Source: the human T2T-CHM13v2.0 reference genome, Homo sapiens
DNA length: 64,000 bases
Direction: 5' to 3'
NCBI GenBank assembly: GCA_009914755.4
Contig: CP068257.2
Location: 2,784,001 to 2,848,000 of the forward strand
The notes beneath the pieces were generated by a model. The model saw nothing but the letters and a program-made list of their open reading frames with translations. It did not search any database and was not told where the DNA came from. This document shows, one piece after another, positions 1-13,170 of the stretch (positions are counted from its first letter, which is position 1; each line of letters begins with the position of its first letter). The position numbers were made by a program, and so were the translations under genes.

Positions 1-299
1 TAGATATTATTATTGTTTACATTGTTATAAGAAACATATAAAATTGACAATTATTTACAATTTTACAATAATTTACAATGACAATAATTATATAGTTTAG
101 ACTTTTCAGCACATTGACATTATTCGACGTATCTCTAGAACATTTTTATCTTACAAAACTAAAACTCAATACACCTGAAACAACTGCCTGTCTTCTCCTT
201 TGTTCAGCCCTTTACAAATGCTATCTTATTCTCTGTTTCTAAGGATGTTACTACTTTAGATATTTTATACATGTGGATACACTCAGTATCTGTCTTGTA

Positions 300-940
300 G
301 CTGGCTTTTTTTATTTAGCATAATGTCATCAAGATTTTATTTTTATTATAGATAAAAGGTTTTCTGCTTTTCAAAAGCTGGGTAATATTCTATTGTTTTT
401 ATATTCCAAATTGTACCCATTCATTTGTTTGTTGAGGGAAGTATGGATTGCTTTAACCTATTGATTTTTGTAAGTAAAGCTACAATAAATATGTGAGCGT
501 TTACATCTTTTTTGCACTCGGTTTTATTAGTCTATTTGTCTGTCTTTATGCCAGTAACAAACTACTTAGATTACTGTAGATTTGTAACAGGTTTTGAAAA
601 CAGGAATTGTAATGTTTCCAAAATTTTTCTCTTTTTGAAAACTGTAGAGTTCTTTGTGGTCTCCTGAAATTCCATATATTTTTGGGAGTCACATTTTCTG
701 TATCTGTCAAAAATAAAATTAAGAATTTTATAGGGATTGTATTAAATCTGTAGGTCACTTTTGGCATTATAGACATGTTCAAAATATTAAGTTTTCTAAC
801 TCTTGAACAAAAGCATGTTCAAGAGTAAATTGCTTAATTTTTACATATTTGTGAATTGTATGAATTTTCTTCTGTTATCGATTGCTAGTTTTAATCCTTT
901 TTGGTCAGAAATTATAGTATGTAACATTCAATTTTTTTAT
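300..940 (-). mobile_element. Old L1 (L1M/L1P-like) fragment. The ORF2-derived reverse-strand ORF at 546-782 resembles L1 ORF2 'ILPKVIYRFNAIPIKLP...KFIWNQKRA'.
   Basis: Minus-strand translation 'IMPKVTYRFNTIPIKF...KNIWNFRRPQR' is diverged L1 ORF2. Flanking sequence is AT-rich and L1-like. Confidence 0.55.
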
Positions 941-943
941 TAT

Positions 944-1904
944 ACTTTAAGTTCTAGGGTACATGTGCAGAACGTGCAGGTTTGTTACACAGGTATACAT
1001 GTGCCATGTTGGTTTGCTGCTCCCATCAACTCATCATTTACATTAGGTATTTCTCCTAACGCTATTCCTTTCATAGTCGCTCACCCCCAAACAGGCCCCA
1101 ATGTGAGATGTTCCCCGCCCTGTGTCCATGTGTTCTCATTGTTCAACTCCAACCTATAAGTGAGAACATGCGGTGTTTGGTTTTCTGTCCTTGTGATAGT
1201 TTGCTGAGAATGATGGTTTCCATCTTCATCCATGTCCCTGTAAAGGACATGAACCCATCCTTTTTATGGCTGCATAGTATTCCATGCTGTATATGCTCCA
1301 CAATTTCTTAATCCAATCTATCATTGATGGACATTTGGGTTGGTTCCAAGACTTTGCTATTGTGAATAATGCCGCAATAAACATATGCGTGTGTGTGTCT
1401 TTATAGTAGCATGATTTATAACTCTTTGGGTATATACCCAGTAATGGGATTGATAAGTCAAAAGGTATTTCTGGTTCTAGATCCCTGAGGAATCACCACA
1501 CTGTCTTCCACAATGGTTGAACTAATTTACACTCCTACCCACAGTGTAAAAGTGTTTCTATTTTTCCACATCCTCTCCAGCATCTGTTGTTTCCTGAAAT
1601 TTTAAAGATCGCCATTCTAACTGGCGTGAGATGATATCTCATTGTGGATTTGATTCGCATTTCTCTGATGACCAATGATGAGCAATTTTTCATATGTCTG
1701 TTGGCTGCATAAATGTCTTCCTTTGAAAAGTGTCTGTTATATCCTTTCCCCACTTTTTGATGGGGTTGTTTTTTTTTTCTTGTAAATTTGTTTTAGCTAT
1801 TTGTAGATTCTTGATATTAGCCCTTTGTCAGATGGGTAGATTGCAAAAATTCTCTCCCATTCTGTAGGTTGCCTGTTCAATCTGATAATAGTTTTGTTTG
1901 CACC
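944..1904 (-). mobile_element. L1 (L1PA/L1PB-like) 3' portion on the minus strand. Its 3' end and short poly(A) sit at about 944 (seen as TTTTTTTATT on the plus strand).
   Basis: The plus strand reads as the reverse complement of the L1 3' terminus ('tttttttattatactttaagttctagggtacatgtgcagaacgtgcaggtttgttac...'). Minus-strand ORF 1535-1753 encodes ORF2 '[23 protein letters not shown]'. Confidence 0.85.
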
Positions 1905-4307
1905 CTGGTTTCGAACCAGGTACGCTACGGTCCCGGGGCCGTGAGCAAGGGCTGATGGGAAGGCACTTTCGTGCATGGGGGACATAGGCCCCGCTTCTCG
2001 GCTGTGAGGTTTTTTTTTTCTTTTTTTTTCCCTGCCACATGTGACTCACCTCCCCTCCCTCAAACCTAACCTGCCCCTCAGGGGCCTTCTGCCCGCTTTG
2101 GGGTACCCATAGCGGGACCGAGACGCTCCCTGGGTTCGAACCAGGGTCCGGGGCCATGTGCAGGGGCTGATGGGAAGGCACTTTCGTCCGTGGGAGACCC
2201 ACGAACGCTTCTCGGCGGCGCGGTTGTTTTTTTTTTTTTTTTCCTGACACAGGTGCTTCACCTCCCCTCCCTCAAATCTTACCTTCACCTCAGGGGCCAT
2301 CTGCCCACTTTGGGGTACCCCTAGCGGGCCCGAGAAGCTCCATGGGTTCGAATCAGGGGCGCCAGGTTCCCTGGGACCCAGAGCAGGGGTTGAAGGGAAG
2401 GCAGTTTCGTGCATGGGGGACCCAGGCCCCGCTTCTCGGTGGCGCGATTTTTTTTTTTCCTGCCACAGGTGCCTCACATCCCCTCCCTCAAACCTAACCT
2501 TCCCCTCAGGGGCCTTCTGCCCACTTTGCGATACCCCTAGCTGGCCCGAGGCGCTCCCTGGGTTGGAATCAGGAACGCCAGGGTCCCCGGGTCCCAGCGC
2601 AGGGATTGAAGGGAAGGAACTTTCGTGCGTGCAGGACCCAGGAACGCTTTCTGGTGGCGAGTTTTGTTTTGTTTTTTTTCCTCCCTCAGGTGCTGCACTT
2701 TCCCTCCCTCAAACCCCACCTTCCCCTCAGGGGCCTTCTGCCCGCATTGGGGAAACCCTAGCGGGCCGAGATTCTCCCTGGGTTCGAAACAGGGACGCCA
2801 GGGTCCCGGGGCCATGCGCTGGGGCTGATGGGAAGGCACTTTCTTCCGAGAAGGACCCAGGTACGCTACTCGGAGGCGCACTGTTTTTTCCTTTTTTTTC
2901 TGCTACAGCTGCCTCACCACCCCTCCCTCACACCTTAACTTCCCCTCAGGGGTCTTCTGCCCGCTTTGTGGTACCCCTAGCGGGCCCGAGAGGGCCCTGA
3001 GTTGGAACCGGCGATCCATGGTAACCGGAGCCCAACCCAGGGACTGATGGGAAGGCACTTTTGTCCGTGGGGGACCCAGGCCCCGGTTCTCCGGGGCGCT
3101 TTTTTTTTTTATTTCCTGCCACGGGTGCCTCACCTCCCTTCCCTCAAAGCTTACCTTCCCCTCAGTGGCTTTTGTCCGCTTTGGTGTACCCCTAGCCGGC
3201 CCGAGACGCTGCGTGGGTTCTAAGCAGGGACGCCAGGGTCCCCGCGGTCCAGCACAGGGGCTGATGGGAAGGAACTTTCGTCCGTGGGGGACCCAGGAAC
3301 GCTTCTCGGTGGCGCGTTTTTTTTTTTTTTTTGTGCCACAGGTGACTCACCTCCTCTCCCTCACACCTTACCTTCCCCGCAGGGGCTTTCTGCCCACTTT
3401 GAGGTATCCCTAGTGGGCCCGAGACGCTCCTTGTGTTCAACCAGTGACGCCAGGGTCCCCAGGACCCAGAGCAGAGGCTGATGGGAAGGCACATTCGTCC
3501 CTGGGGGACCCAGTCTCGGCTTCTCGACGGCTCGGTTTGTTTTTTTTTTCCTGCCACAGGTGCCTCCCCTCCCTCAAACCTAACCTTCCCCTCAAGGGCC
3601 TTCTGCTAGCTTTGGAGTACCCCTAGCGGGCCCGAGACGCACCCTGGGTTCGAACCAGGGACGCCAGGTTCACGGGGCCATGCGCGGGGGCTGATGGGAA
3701 GGCACTTTCGTCCTTGGGGGACCCAGTCTCCGCTTCTTGGCGGCGCGGTTTTTTTTTTTTTCCTGCCACAGGTGCCTCATCTCCCCTCCCTCAAACCTTA
3801 ACTTCCCCTCAAGGACCTTCTTCCCGCTTTGGGGTACCCCTAGCGGGCCCGAGACGCACCCTTGGTTCGAACCGGGGACGCCAGGGTCACCGGGGCCCAG
3901 CGCAGGGACTGATGGGAAGGCACTTTCTTCCGTGGGGGACCCAGGAATGCGTCTCGACGCTGAGTTTTTTTCTTTTTTTTTTTTCATCCACAGGTGCCTC
4001 ACCTCCCTTTCCTCAAACCTAACCTTCCCCTCAGGGGCCTTCTGCCCGCTTTGGGGTACCCCTAGTGGGCCTGAGTCGCTCCCTGGGTTCGAACCAGGGA
4101 CGCCAGAGTATCCAAGGCCCAGTGCAGGGACTGATGGGAAGGCACTTTCGTCCGTGGGGGAACCAGGAACGCTTCTTGGCGGCGAATTTTTTTTTTTTTG
4201 TTTTGCGTTTTTTTTTTTCTGCCACAGGTGCCTCACCTGCACTCCCTCAAACCTTACCTTCCCCTGAGGAGCCTTCTGCCCGCTTTGGGTATGCCTAGCG
4301 GGCCCTT
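1905..4307. repeat. GC- and CpG-rich tandem array. About 11 units of about 217 bp, with about 80-90% identity between units. The array interrupts the L1 without obvious loss of L1 sequence.
   Basis: The block 'CCTGCCACAGGTGCCTCACCTCCCCTCCCTCAAACCTTACCTTCCCCTCAGGGGCCTTCTGCCCGCTTTGGGGTACCCCTAGCGGGCCCGAGACGCTCCCTGGGTTCGAACCAGGGACGCCAGGGTCC...GGCGGCGCGG(T)12-35' recurs. T-tracts sit at about 2011, 2226, 2443, 2663, 2883, 3091, 3307, 3536, 3749, 3963 and 4186. The L1 sequence resumes exactly at 4311 ('aagctctttagtttaa'). Confidence 0.9.
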
Positions 4308-4310
4308 TAC

Positions 4311-6239
<1,929 letters not shown>

Positions 6240-6240
<1 letters not shown>

Positions 6241-6650
6241 AAAAATAACTCCTATATTCATTGATTTTTTGAATTTTTTGTAACATTCAATTTTTCAAAA
6301 ATTCTGTTCAGAATTGTTTTTTGGCTTCATAGTTATTTTTAGGAGAATGTTTCATGAGCTTTTGAGAAGATTGTGAGTTTTGTTTTTGTGTAGAGTGTTC
6401 TGTATGCATCTGTTGTATCTAATTGCTTTACAGTATTTTCATGTCGTCTGTTTACTTTTTAATATTCTATCTGGCTTTTTTATTAATTACAGAACTGTTG
6501 TATTAAAATATTATACTTTTAATATATTGCCGTTTTTGCTTATGTTCTGTCAAGATATTATTGATATATTTAAAAATACTCATGTAAGGTGCATACATAT
6601 TTGTGTGAATACATAATTAGATATATACACACAATTATGTAAATGTGTAT
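6240..6650 (-). mobile_element. Probable further degenerate L1 sequence (upstream ORF2 region).
   Basis: AT-rich, L1-like sequence continuous with the preceding element. There are no intact ORFs. Confidence 0.35.
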
Positions 6651-6869
6651 AATTGTCATAGGTTTCCAGTGAATAAACCCTTTTATTATTTTGTCCTTTG
6701 TTTTTCTGACAATTTGATTTCATAATATATTTTATAAACTAAAACAGTTATTTAAAAAGCATTTTGCATACTATAATTGTGACATAGTCTGTCCTCATTT
6801 GGTTATGGTTTGCATAATTTTTTGGATGCATCTTGCCACATTTAGTCTGTTTTTGTTACTATAGAGTAA

Positions 6870-6999
6870 GATGGCTCATATCTGTCATCCTAGCATTTTA
6901 GGAGATTGAGGTGGGAGGATCACGTGAAACCAGGAGTTTGAGACCAGCCTGGGAAACAAAGCAATACCAAGTCTCTAAAATAAATAAATAAATAAATTG
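6870..6999 (+). mobile_element. Alu-family left-monomer fragment (FLAM-like) followed by an (AAAT)n tail.
   Basis: 'ggctcatatctgtcatcctagcattttaggagattgaggtgggaggatcacgtgaaaccaggagtttgagaccagcctggg', then 'aaataaataaataaataaatt'. Confidence 0.7.
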
Positions 7000-7661
7000 A
7001 GTCCCTTTAGACAGATGTAGTTAGATTTTCTTTCTTTTTTTTTTTAATTCCTATACTCAATTTATGACTTTTGGTTGAGAAGTTTAGTTTGTGAGTAGTT
7101 ACATAATTTCCTGCATTTGAAGGAATTACTTTTGACACTTTGTGGAGTAAAATTTAAATATTAAATTTGAACTCAATTGAATCTGGACTCAAACAATGGT
7201 CACCAAGTCCTGGAACAGGTTGTGTGAGCCCCTTGAGGCTTTCATCCAGCGCTGTTTCGGATAAATCTCTATTTCAATTTATTCCTATATGTTAGTTACT
7301 GAAAAACAACAGACAATCAAAAAAACAAGTTGACCTTTTTCTTTTCCTTGAGCCCAGAAATGAAGGGCCCTCCTGACTGGACGTCATGCCAGATAACTCA
7401 TTACAAAAAGAGCTAGGGTTCCAGACTGTGCCAAAACTTCATGAGATCTCTTCTCATCTGTTCACGGACAAGTGGCCAACTCTGGAGCCCAGTCTGTTGC
7501 TTCGCAGTCTGGTGGTGAATCCTCCATAGTCTGATGAGTGTAAATATATATATCTCTTTTCCCTTCTCTCCGTCCCATTGCAACTTGCTTATTATATCAT
7601 TTGCTTATTATATCTGCATTGCCATTTACGTGGGATACAGTTTGTTTACCCTTAAAGGTAT

Positions 7662-7686
7662 TGTGTGTGTGTGTGTGTGTGTGTGT
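7662..7686. repeat. (GT)n dinucleotide microsatellite of about 12 units.
   Basis: A run of gtgtgt... is visible directly in the sequence. Confidence 0.95.
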
Positions 7687-8099
7687 TTCCTTCTCTCCTT
7701 GAGCATTTCCTGCGCAGAACATTTTTGGCTTCACGAACAGGATCCGAAAGCAAAAGCATGCCATTTTTTGGTGCAGGGACCAGACTGGGAGCTCGGGGAC
7801 TTTCCATATCTTCAGATAGGAACTCCCCTAGTTCTTCCCCTTGGCCATTCAGTGGTCCAAGGGAGCTGGCGTTTGTGAAAATAGGCAATCTAAGTTAGTG
7901 CATTTTGAATCATTGGCTGTGTGTGAGGAGGTGCAGGGAATCCCAGTTGGTAAATGGGATGCTGAGAGAATTTCCCGGCATGGATGGTGCTTGCTTACTG
8001 CTTATAAGTTAATGTGTCAAGATAGGAATCAGCTGCTACAACAGAAATGTAAGCCAGAAAAGAAAATGCTAATCTGACTTCCAGGCTGGCCCTGGCCCA

Positions 8100-9420
8100 T
8101 GGCCAGGCCTATGTCTTGACTGATCAGCCTCAAAGTTATCAGCCTATTGCTGAAAAAAGCAGCTGCCTGAGTGGCCCAGTCAGGGTAAAACTGAAGAACT
8201 AGTCAGCTGGGGCTTGGATCCGGTAAAAACCCAAATCCTATCTCAAGGATGGGAAGTTAACCCTAGTAAAATTCAAGGACCTCCACAAACTGTAAAGTTC
8301 CTTGGCAACCTATGGAATGCAGGGAAACAGTCCATTTTACCAAAGGCTAAGGCTAAAATACTAGAATTTGCAGCCCTACCACTGAAAAGGAGGTCCAAAA
8401 TTGTATTGGTTTGTTTGGATTCTGGAGACATCATATTCCCCATTTGGGTAACATTTTACAACCTCTGCATGCGGTCACTAGAAAACGCTATGACTTTCAC
8501 TGAAGACAGAAAGTGAGCGTGGCTTTTCAACCAGCCAAACAAGCAGAGCAACAGTATGGCCCTTACAGGATGGGCCAGTAGAACTGCAAGTAACTGTCCT
8601 AGATCAACACGCTCATTTGAGCCTTAGGTAGAAACAAGATGGGAAGAGATACCTTTGGGGTTTTAGACCCAGAAGCTGTCAGAGGCTAGCAAAGCTTATA
8701 CTCTTTGAGAAGCAGCTGTTGACCTGCTACTGGGCTTTACAGGAAACAGAACACCTTTGTCTTAATCATGATGTTTTTATGAGGCCCCAAATTCCTAATA
8801 TGACTTGGGTCATGAACTCCCTCAAACCTCATTGGATAGGGTACACTCAAGAAAGTAAATGGAAATGGCACATACAAGACCAGGCTAAGCCGGAACCAAA
8901 ACAGGTATCATTTTTAAATGAGGATGTGCAAAACTTGCCAGCTCAGCAAACCACTGAGCAAGTCCTGCAGATAAGGAAGGAAACCTCCCCTGCCCAATGG
9001 GGCAAATCCTTTAAAGAACCAAGCCCAGACGATCAGAGACATGCTTGGTTTGCTGATGATTCCACCAAATATATTGATGGGACCCGATGCTGGGAGGCCG
9101 TGGCTTACAATCCTGTTAAAAACATAAGCATTTCTGAGGAAGGGAGGGGTGTTAGCAGCCAGCTGGCTGAACTAGAATCTGTTCTCTGAACTATTCAGGA
9201 GGAGGCCAGAGGGATTGGTTACTTGTATACCTACTCTTGCTTAGCAGAAAATGGTCTTACTACCTAGTTGCCCGAATGGCAATGAAACAAATGGTGAATT
9301 ACGAATAAAGAGGTTTGGAGAAAACAATACTAGGAAGATATCTGAATCCTGGTGCACACTACCATTATTGCTGTTTTCCAGATTGATGCTCGTACATCTC
9401 TGCTTTCTCTTGACAGACTA
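8100..9420 (+). mobile_element. Endogenous retrovirus internal fragment covering the pol RT C-terminal/connection and RNase H region. Degenerate.
   Basis: Plus ORF 8214-8516 ('...PQTVKFLGNLW...ILEFAALPLKRRSKIVLVCLDSGDIIFPIWVTFYNLC') resembles ERV pol downstream of the YXDD region. ORF 8719-9189 ('HAWFADDSTKYIDGTRCWEAVAYNP...SSQLAELESVL') matches the RNase H motifs TDGSS...AGAAV...SAQRAELIAL. Confidence 0.7.
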
Positions 9421-11981
9421 TTCCATCAGCAGGTAGATCAACAGGTGTGAGATTCGGAACCTTAACATTGGGCTGTGTTCATGTGAAAAGATGACAATTT
9501 TTGCTCTTGGCTCAGTGTACATATGAGTATCACAATCTCACCTTTGTTCTGGGCCCTAGCAGGACACTCTCTTCACCATATGAAGCCTTTATAGAGTATG
9601 CATGAGTGTAACAATTCTCTCTGAAACCTTAAGCAGGCACGGACCCCTCCTTGTACCTTTAGCTTTAAGCCCTGGTATGACAGTCAACATCTTTCTACTT
9701 GGATGGGTCCAAATAAGAGTTCTTAACTGCCTATGAGCTGCGTTTAAAAATGAGTCACCATCCCACCTGTGGCTGGATGTTCACATATGAAAGTCAGAAT
9801 CCCAGTTGTGGACTATGTCTGCATGTGTAATTCAGGACCTCAAGAGTGGGCTCTCTCCACATGTGATAGAGACCATCCTGAATATTGGTGTGGTGTGAAT
9901 CTGAGAAGTATAATCTCACCAGTGTGCTGAGCCCTTTGGTGACAATTTCTCTACCATAGTTTACACAATATGCAAGACAGTGGTACTCCTCCGTGTGACG
10001 TATCACTGGGTCTTGCACACAGGTAATGTGAGTCTCCTCTCCTGCCTTGGAATGCTCACAGGAGGCATTGGGACATACCACTGAACCTGATATTCAGGTT
10101 ATGTGCCTGTCTTTCCTGTGCTCTGTCCATGGGCGTTTGTGACATATTTTTGGGTCCAAAACACAGGCAACATAGCTCTCCTGTCTGGATCCTGCCTAGA
10201 GAGGGCATGGTGGCGTATCCCTGCACCAGCCACCAGATGATGTAACTCTATCTTCTGTCTAGTCCCTGCTTACAGGGTGAATTTTGACTTATCGCTAGGC
10301 GCAGCATTTAGCTAATATGACTCTTCCCTTTTTTCAGGTTCTGCCCACGGGGAAGATTGTGACATATAGATGGGTAAAACACCAAAATGATTTTACTCTT
10401 TTGTCTTTGTTCTGTCCTTAGAAGGCATTGGGACATATTGCTGAACCAGCACCAAGGTAATGTAAGGGTCCTACCTGAACCCTGCCCACAGGGAGCATAG
10501 TGACATATCTCTGAGCCCATGAACTATTTGATGTGGCTCTATTCTCTTACCTGGACTTTGCCCATGAGAAAGACTGTGACGTATTTCTTGGTCCAGTGCT
10601 TAGGTAATGTGATTCTCCTCTCCAGCCTGAGGCATGCCCACAGAAGTAAGAGTGACATCTCTGGGCCTAGCCCACAGGTGATGTGACTCTTATCCCTTGT
10701 TTCTGCCCAGGGGAGTCATTGTGATGTATATCTGAGACCATTATAAGAATGATGTGACTCTCCTGTTCTTACTGTGACCTGTCCACAGTGGGGATGATGA
10801 TGTATCACTTAGGCCAGCACATATGTGGTGAGATTCTTCTCATGCCTGTGCCCTGCCCCCTGGGCTAATTGTGACATATAACTGGGCCCCTCCCCTAGGT
10901 TATGCAACATATCCCTGTGATAACACTCTTTGTACCATTTAAGGGCTTTATATAATATAAGAGAGAGTGGTATTCCTCTAAGACCCTCATACAAAGAGAA
11001 GATTTAAGACCTACCGATTTTCCAAAGCCTAACTAGGAGAAACAGCATTTCTCTTAGTGGCAGGTTTGAGGTATGAGAGTCATTATTACACCTGTGAGCT
11101 GGCCAAGATATATGTTTCAATCTCTCCTGTGGGTAGGGAGTGAGCAGGAGAGTCGCATCACCTGGATGCTTGGCCAGAGATCTGTCAATATCTCCCCTGA
11201 TGGCAGGGACCAGGTAGGAGAGTCACATACCTAAGGCTGGGCCAGGGATATGTAACAATCTTTTATGAGGTCGGAGGCTAGGAAGGGAGTCCCATCACTT
11301 GTGTGCTCACCCGGGATATGTTACAATCCCTTCCTGAAATCAGAGTACAAGCAGCAGAGTCAAATCACCTGAATATTGAGCTCAGTGATATGTCACCACA
11401 CTCCCTGTGGGTAAAGCCGTGGCAGGAGAGACACATCACCTGATTACTGATTACTAGGCCCAGTGATATGTCAGAATCTTTCCTGTGGGCAAGGTGCAGG
11501 CAGAAAGGAGAGTCACATCATCTGGTGATGGAGGCAGAAATATGTTACAAGGCAGAAATATGCTCTGCCTCCCTGTGGGCAGAGTTCAGGCAGGAGCCCC
11601 CAATCTCCTAGGTGTTAAGTTCAGTGATATGTTACAATGCTCCCTGTGGGCAGCACAAGTCGAGAGAATAGAGCCACATCACCTAAGTTCTAGGTCCAAT
11701 GATATGTCCCAATTTTATTTGTGAGATGGGCTTAAACAGGAGAGTCTACTCACTCAGGTGCTGGACAAATGTGTATGTTTGTCACAATGACACCTGCAGG
11801 AAGTTCTAGACATGGGATGAATCCCGCACATATTCTGGTTTTAGGCATGAGAGTGAACACCTTCTGTATGTTCGATCTAAGTACACAAGTCACTATCTCA
11901 ATAGTGGACTAAATTTGTGCATGGCAGCCCCATTTTCTCTTGCAGACTTTCTCCCCTAATTGAAATCACGGCTTCACAGGT

Positions 11982-13170
11982 GTGCCGACTCATGATATGA
12001 GAGTCATCAACATATCTGTGACTCTCACATATGAGAGTCAGTTTTTCAACTTTTTTTATTGTACTTTAAGTTTTAGGGTACATGTGCATAACGTGCAGGT
12101 TTGTTACATATGTATACATGTGCCATGTTGCTGTGCTGCTCCTATTATCTCCTCATTTACATTAGGTATATCTCCTAATGTTATCCCTTCCCCCTCCCCC
12201 ATCCCACAACAGGCCCCGGTGTGTGATGTTCTCCTTCCCGTGTCCAAGTGTTCTCATTGTTCACTTCCCACCTAGGAGTGAGAACATGCCATGTTTGGTT
12301 TTTTGTTCTTGCGATAGTTTGCTGAGAATGATGATTTCCAGCTTCATCCATGTCCTTACAAAGGACATGAACTCATCATTTTTTATGGTTGCATAGTATT
12401 CCATGGTGTATATGTGCCACATTTTCTTAATCCAATCTATGATTATTGGACATTTGGGTTGGTTCCAAGTCTTTGCTATTGTGAATAATGCCACAATGAA
12501 CACACGTGTGCATGTGTCTTTATAGCAGCACAGCATGGTACTGGTACCAAATCAGAGTACGTGGTACTGGTACCAAATGGAGCAGAACAGAGCCCTCAGA
12601 AATAGTGCCACACATCTGCAACTATCTGATCTTTGACAAACCTGACAAAAACAAGAAATGGGGAAAGGATTCCCTATTTAATAAATGGTGCTGGGAAAAC
12701 TGGCTAGCCATATGTAGAAAGCTGAAAATGGATCCCTTCCTTACACGTTACACAAAAATTAATTCAAGATGGATTAAAGACTTAAATGTTAGACCTAAAA
12801 CCATAAAAACCCTAGAATAAAACCTAGGCAATACCATTCAGGACATAGGCATGGGCAAGGACTTCATGTCTAAAACACCAAAAGCAATGGTGACAAAAGC
12901 CACAATTGACAAATGGTATCTAATTAAACTAAAGAGCTTCTGCACAGAAAAAGAAACTACCATCAGAGTGAACAGGCAACCTACAGAATGGTAGAAAATT
13001 TTTTCAATCTACTCATCTGACAAAGGGCTAATACCCAGAATCTACAAAGAACTCAAACAAGTTTATAAGAAAAAAGCAAACAAACCCATCAACAAGTGGG
13101 CGAGGATATGAACAGACAGTTCTCAAAAGAAGATATCTATACAGCCAAAAGACACATAAAAAAGGCTCAG
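11982..13170 (-). mobile_element. Twin-primed (inverted/truncated) L1 insertion on the minus strand within the satellite. It has an antisense 3'-terminal segment (11982-12540) and a sense ORF2 segment (12540-13168), flanked by a 17 bp TSD.
   Basis: 11982-12540 is the reverse complement of the L1 3' end ('tttttttattgtactttaagttttagggtacatgtgcataacgtgcaggtttg'). Plus ORF 12506-12820 is 'YWYQ...[54 protein letters not shown]' (ORF2). The TSD 'tcagtttttcaactttt' occurs at about 12034 and about 13173. An uninterrupted paralogous site is at 19020 ('gagccaattttccaacttttgactgcc'). Confidence 0.8.

Noticed and set aside
1-300. Apparent tandem structure 'ttacaattttacaataatttacaatgacaataatta'.
   Set aside because: It is a short AT-rich low-complexity stretch of under 100 bp with only about 3 imperfect copies. 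It is too weak to call a satellite.
2046-4298. Long ORFs of 100-195 aa on both strands inside the GC-rich array (for example 2413-3000 +, 3670-4242 -, 3737-4267 +).
   Set aside because: These are periodic, low-complexity translations of the tandem repeat with oligo-T/oligo-A runs (poly-K/poly-F). The same peptide blocks recur every 217 bp in multiple frames. They are artefacts of GC-rich repeat sequence lacking stops.
1905-4307. Calling each 217 bp unit a tRNA gene or tRNA pseudogene.
   Set aside because: Only the T-arm/B-box is tRNA-like. No A box sits at the right spacing: TAGC lies only about 23 nt from GGTTCG on the plus strand. The putative acceptor stem on the minus strand (AGTGCCT vs GAGCGTC) does not pair. 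No oligo(T) terminator follows the T-arm on the minus strand.
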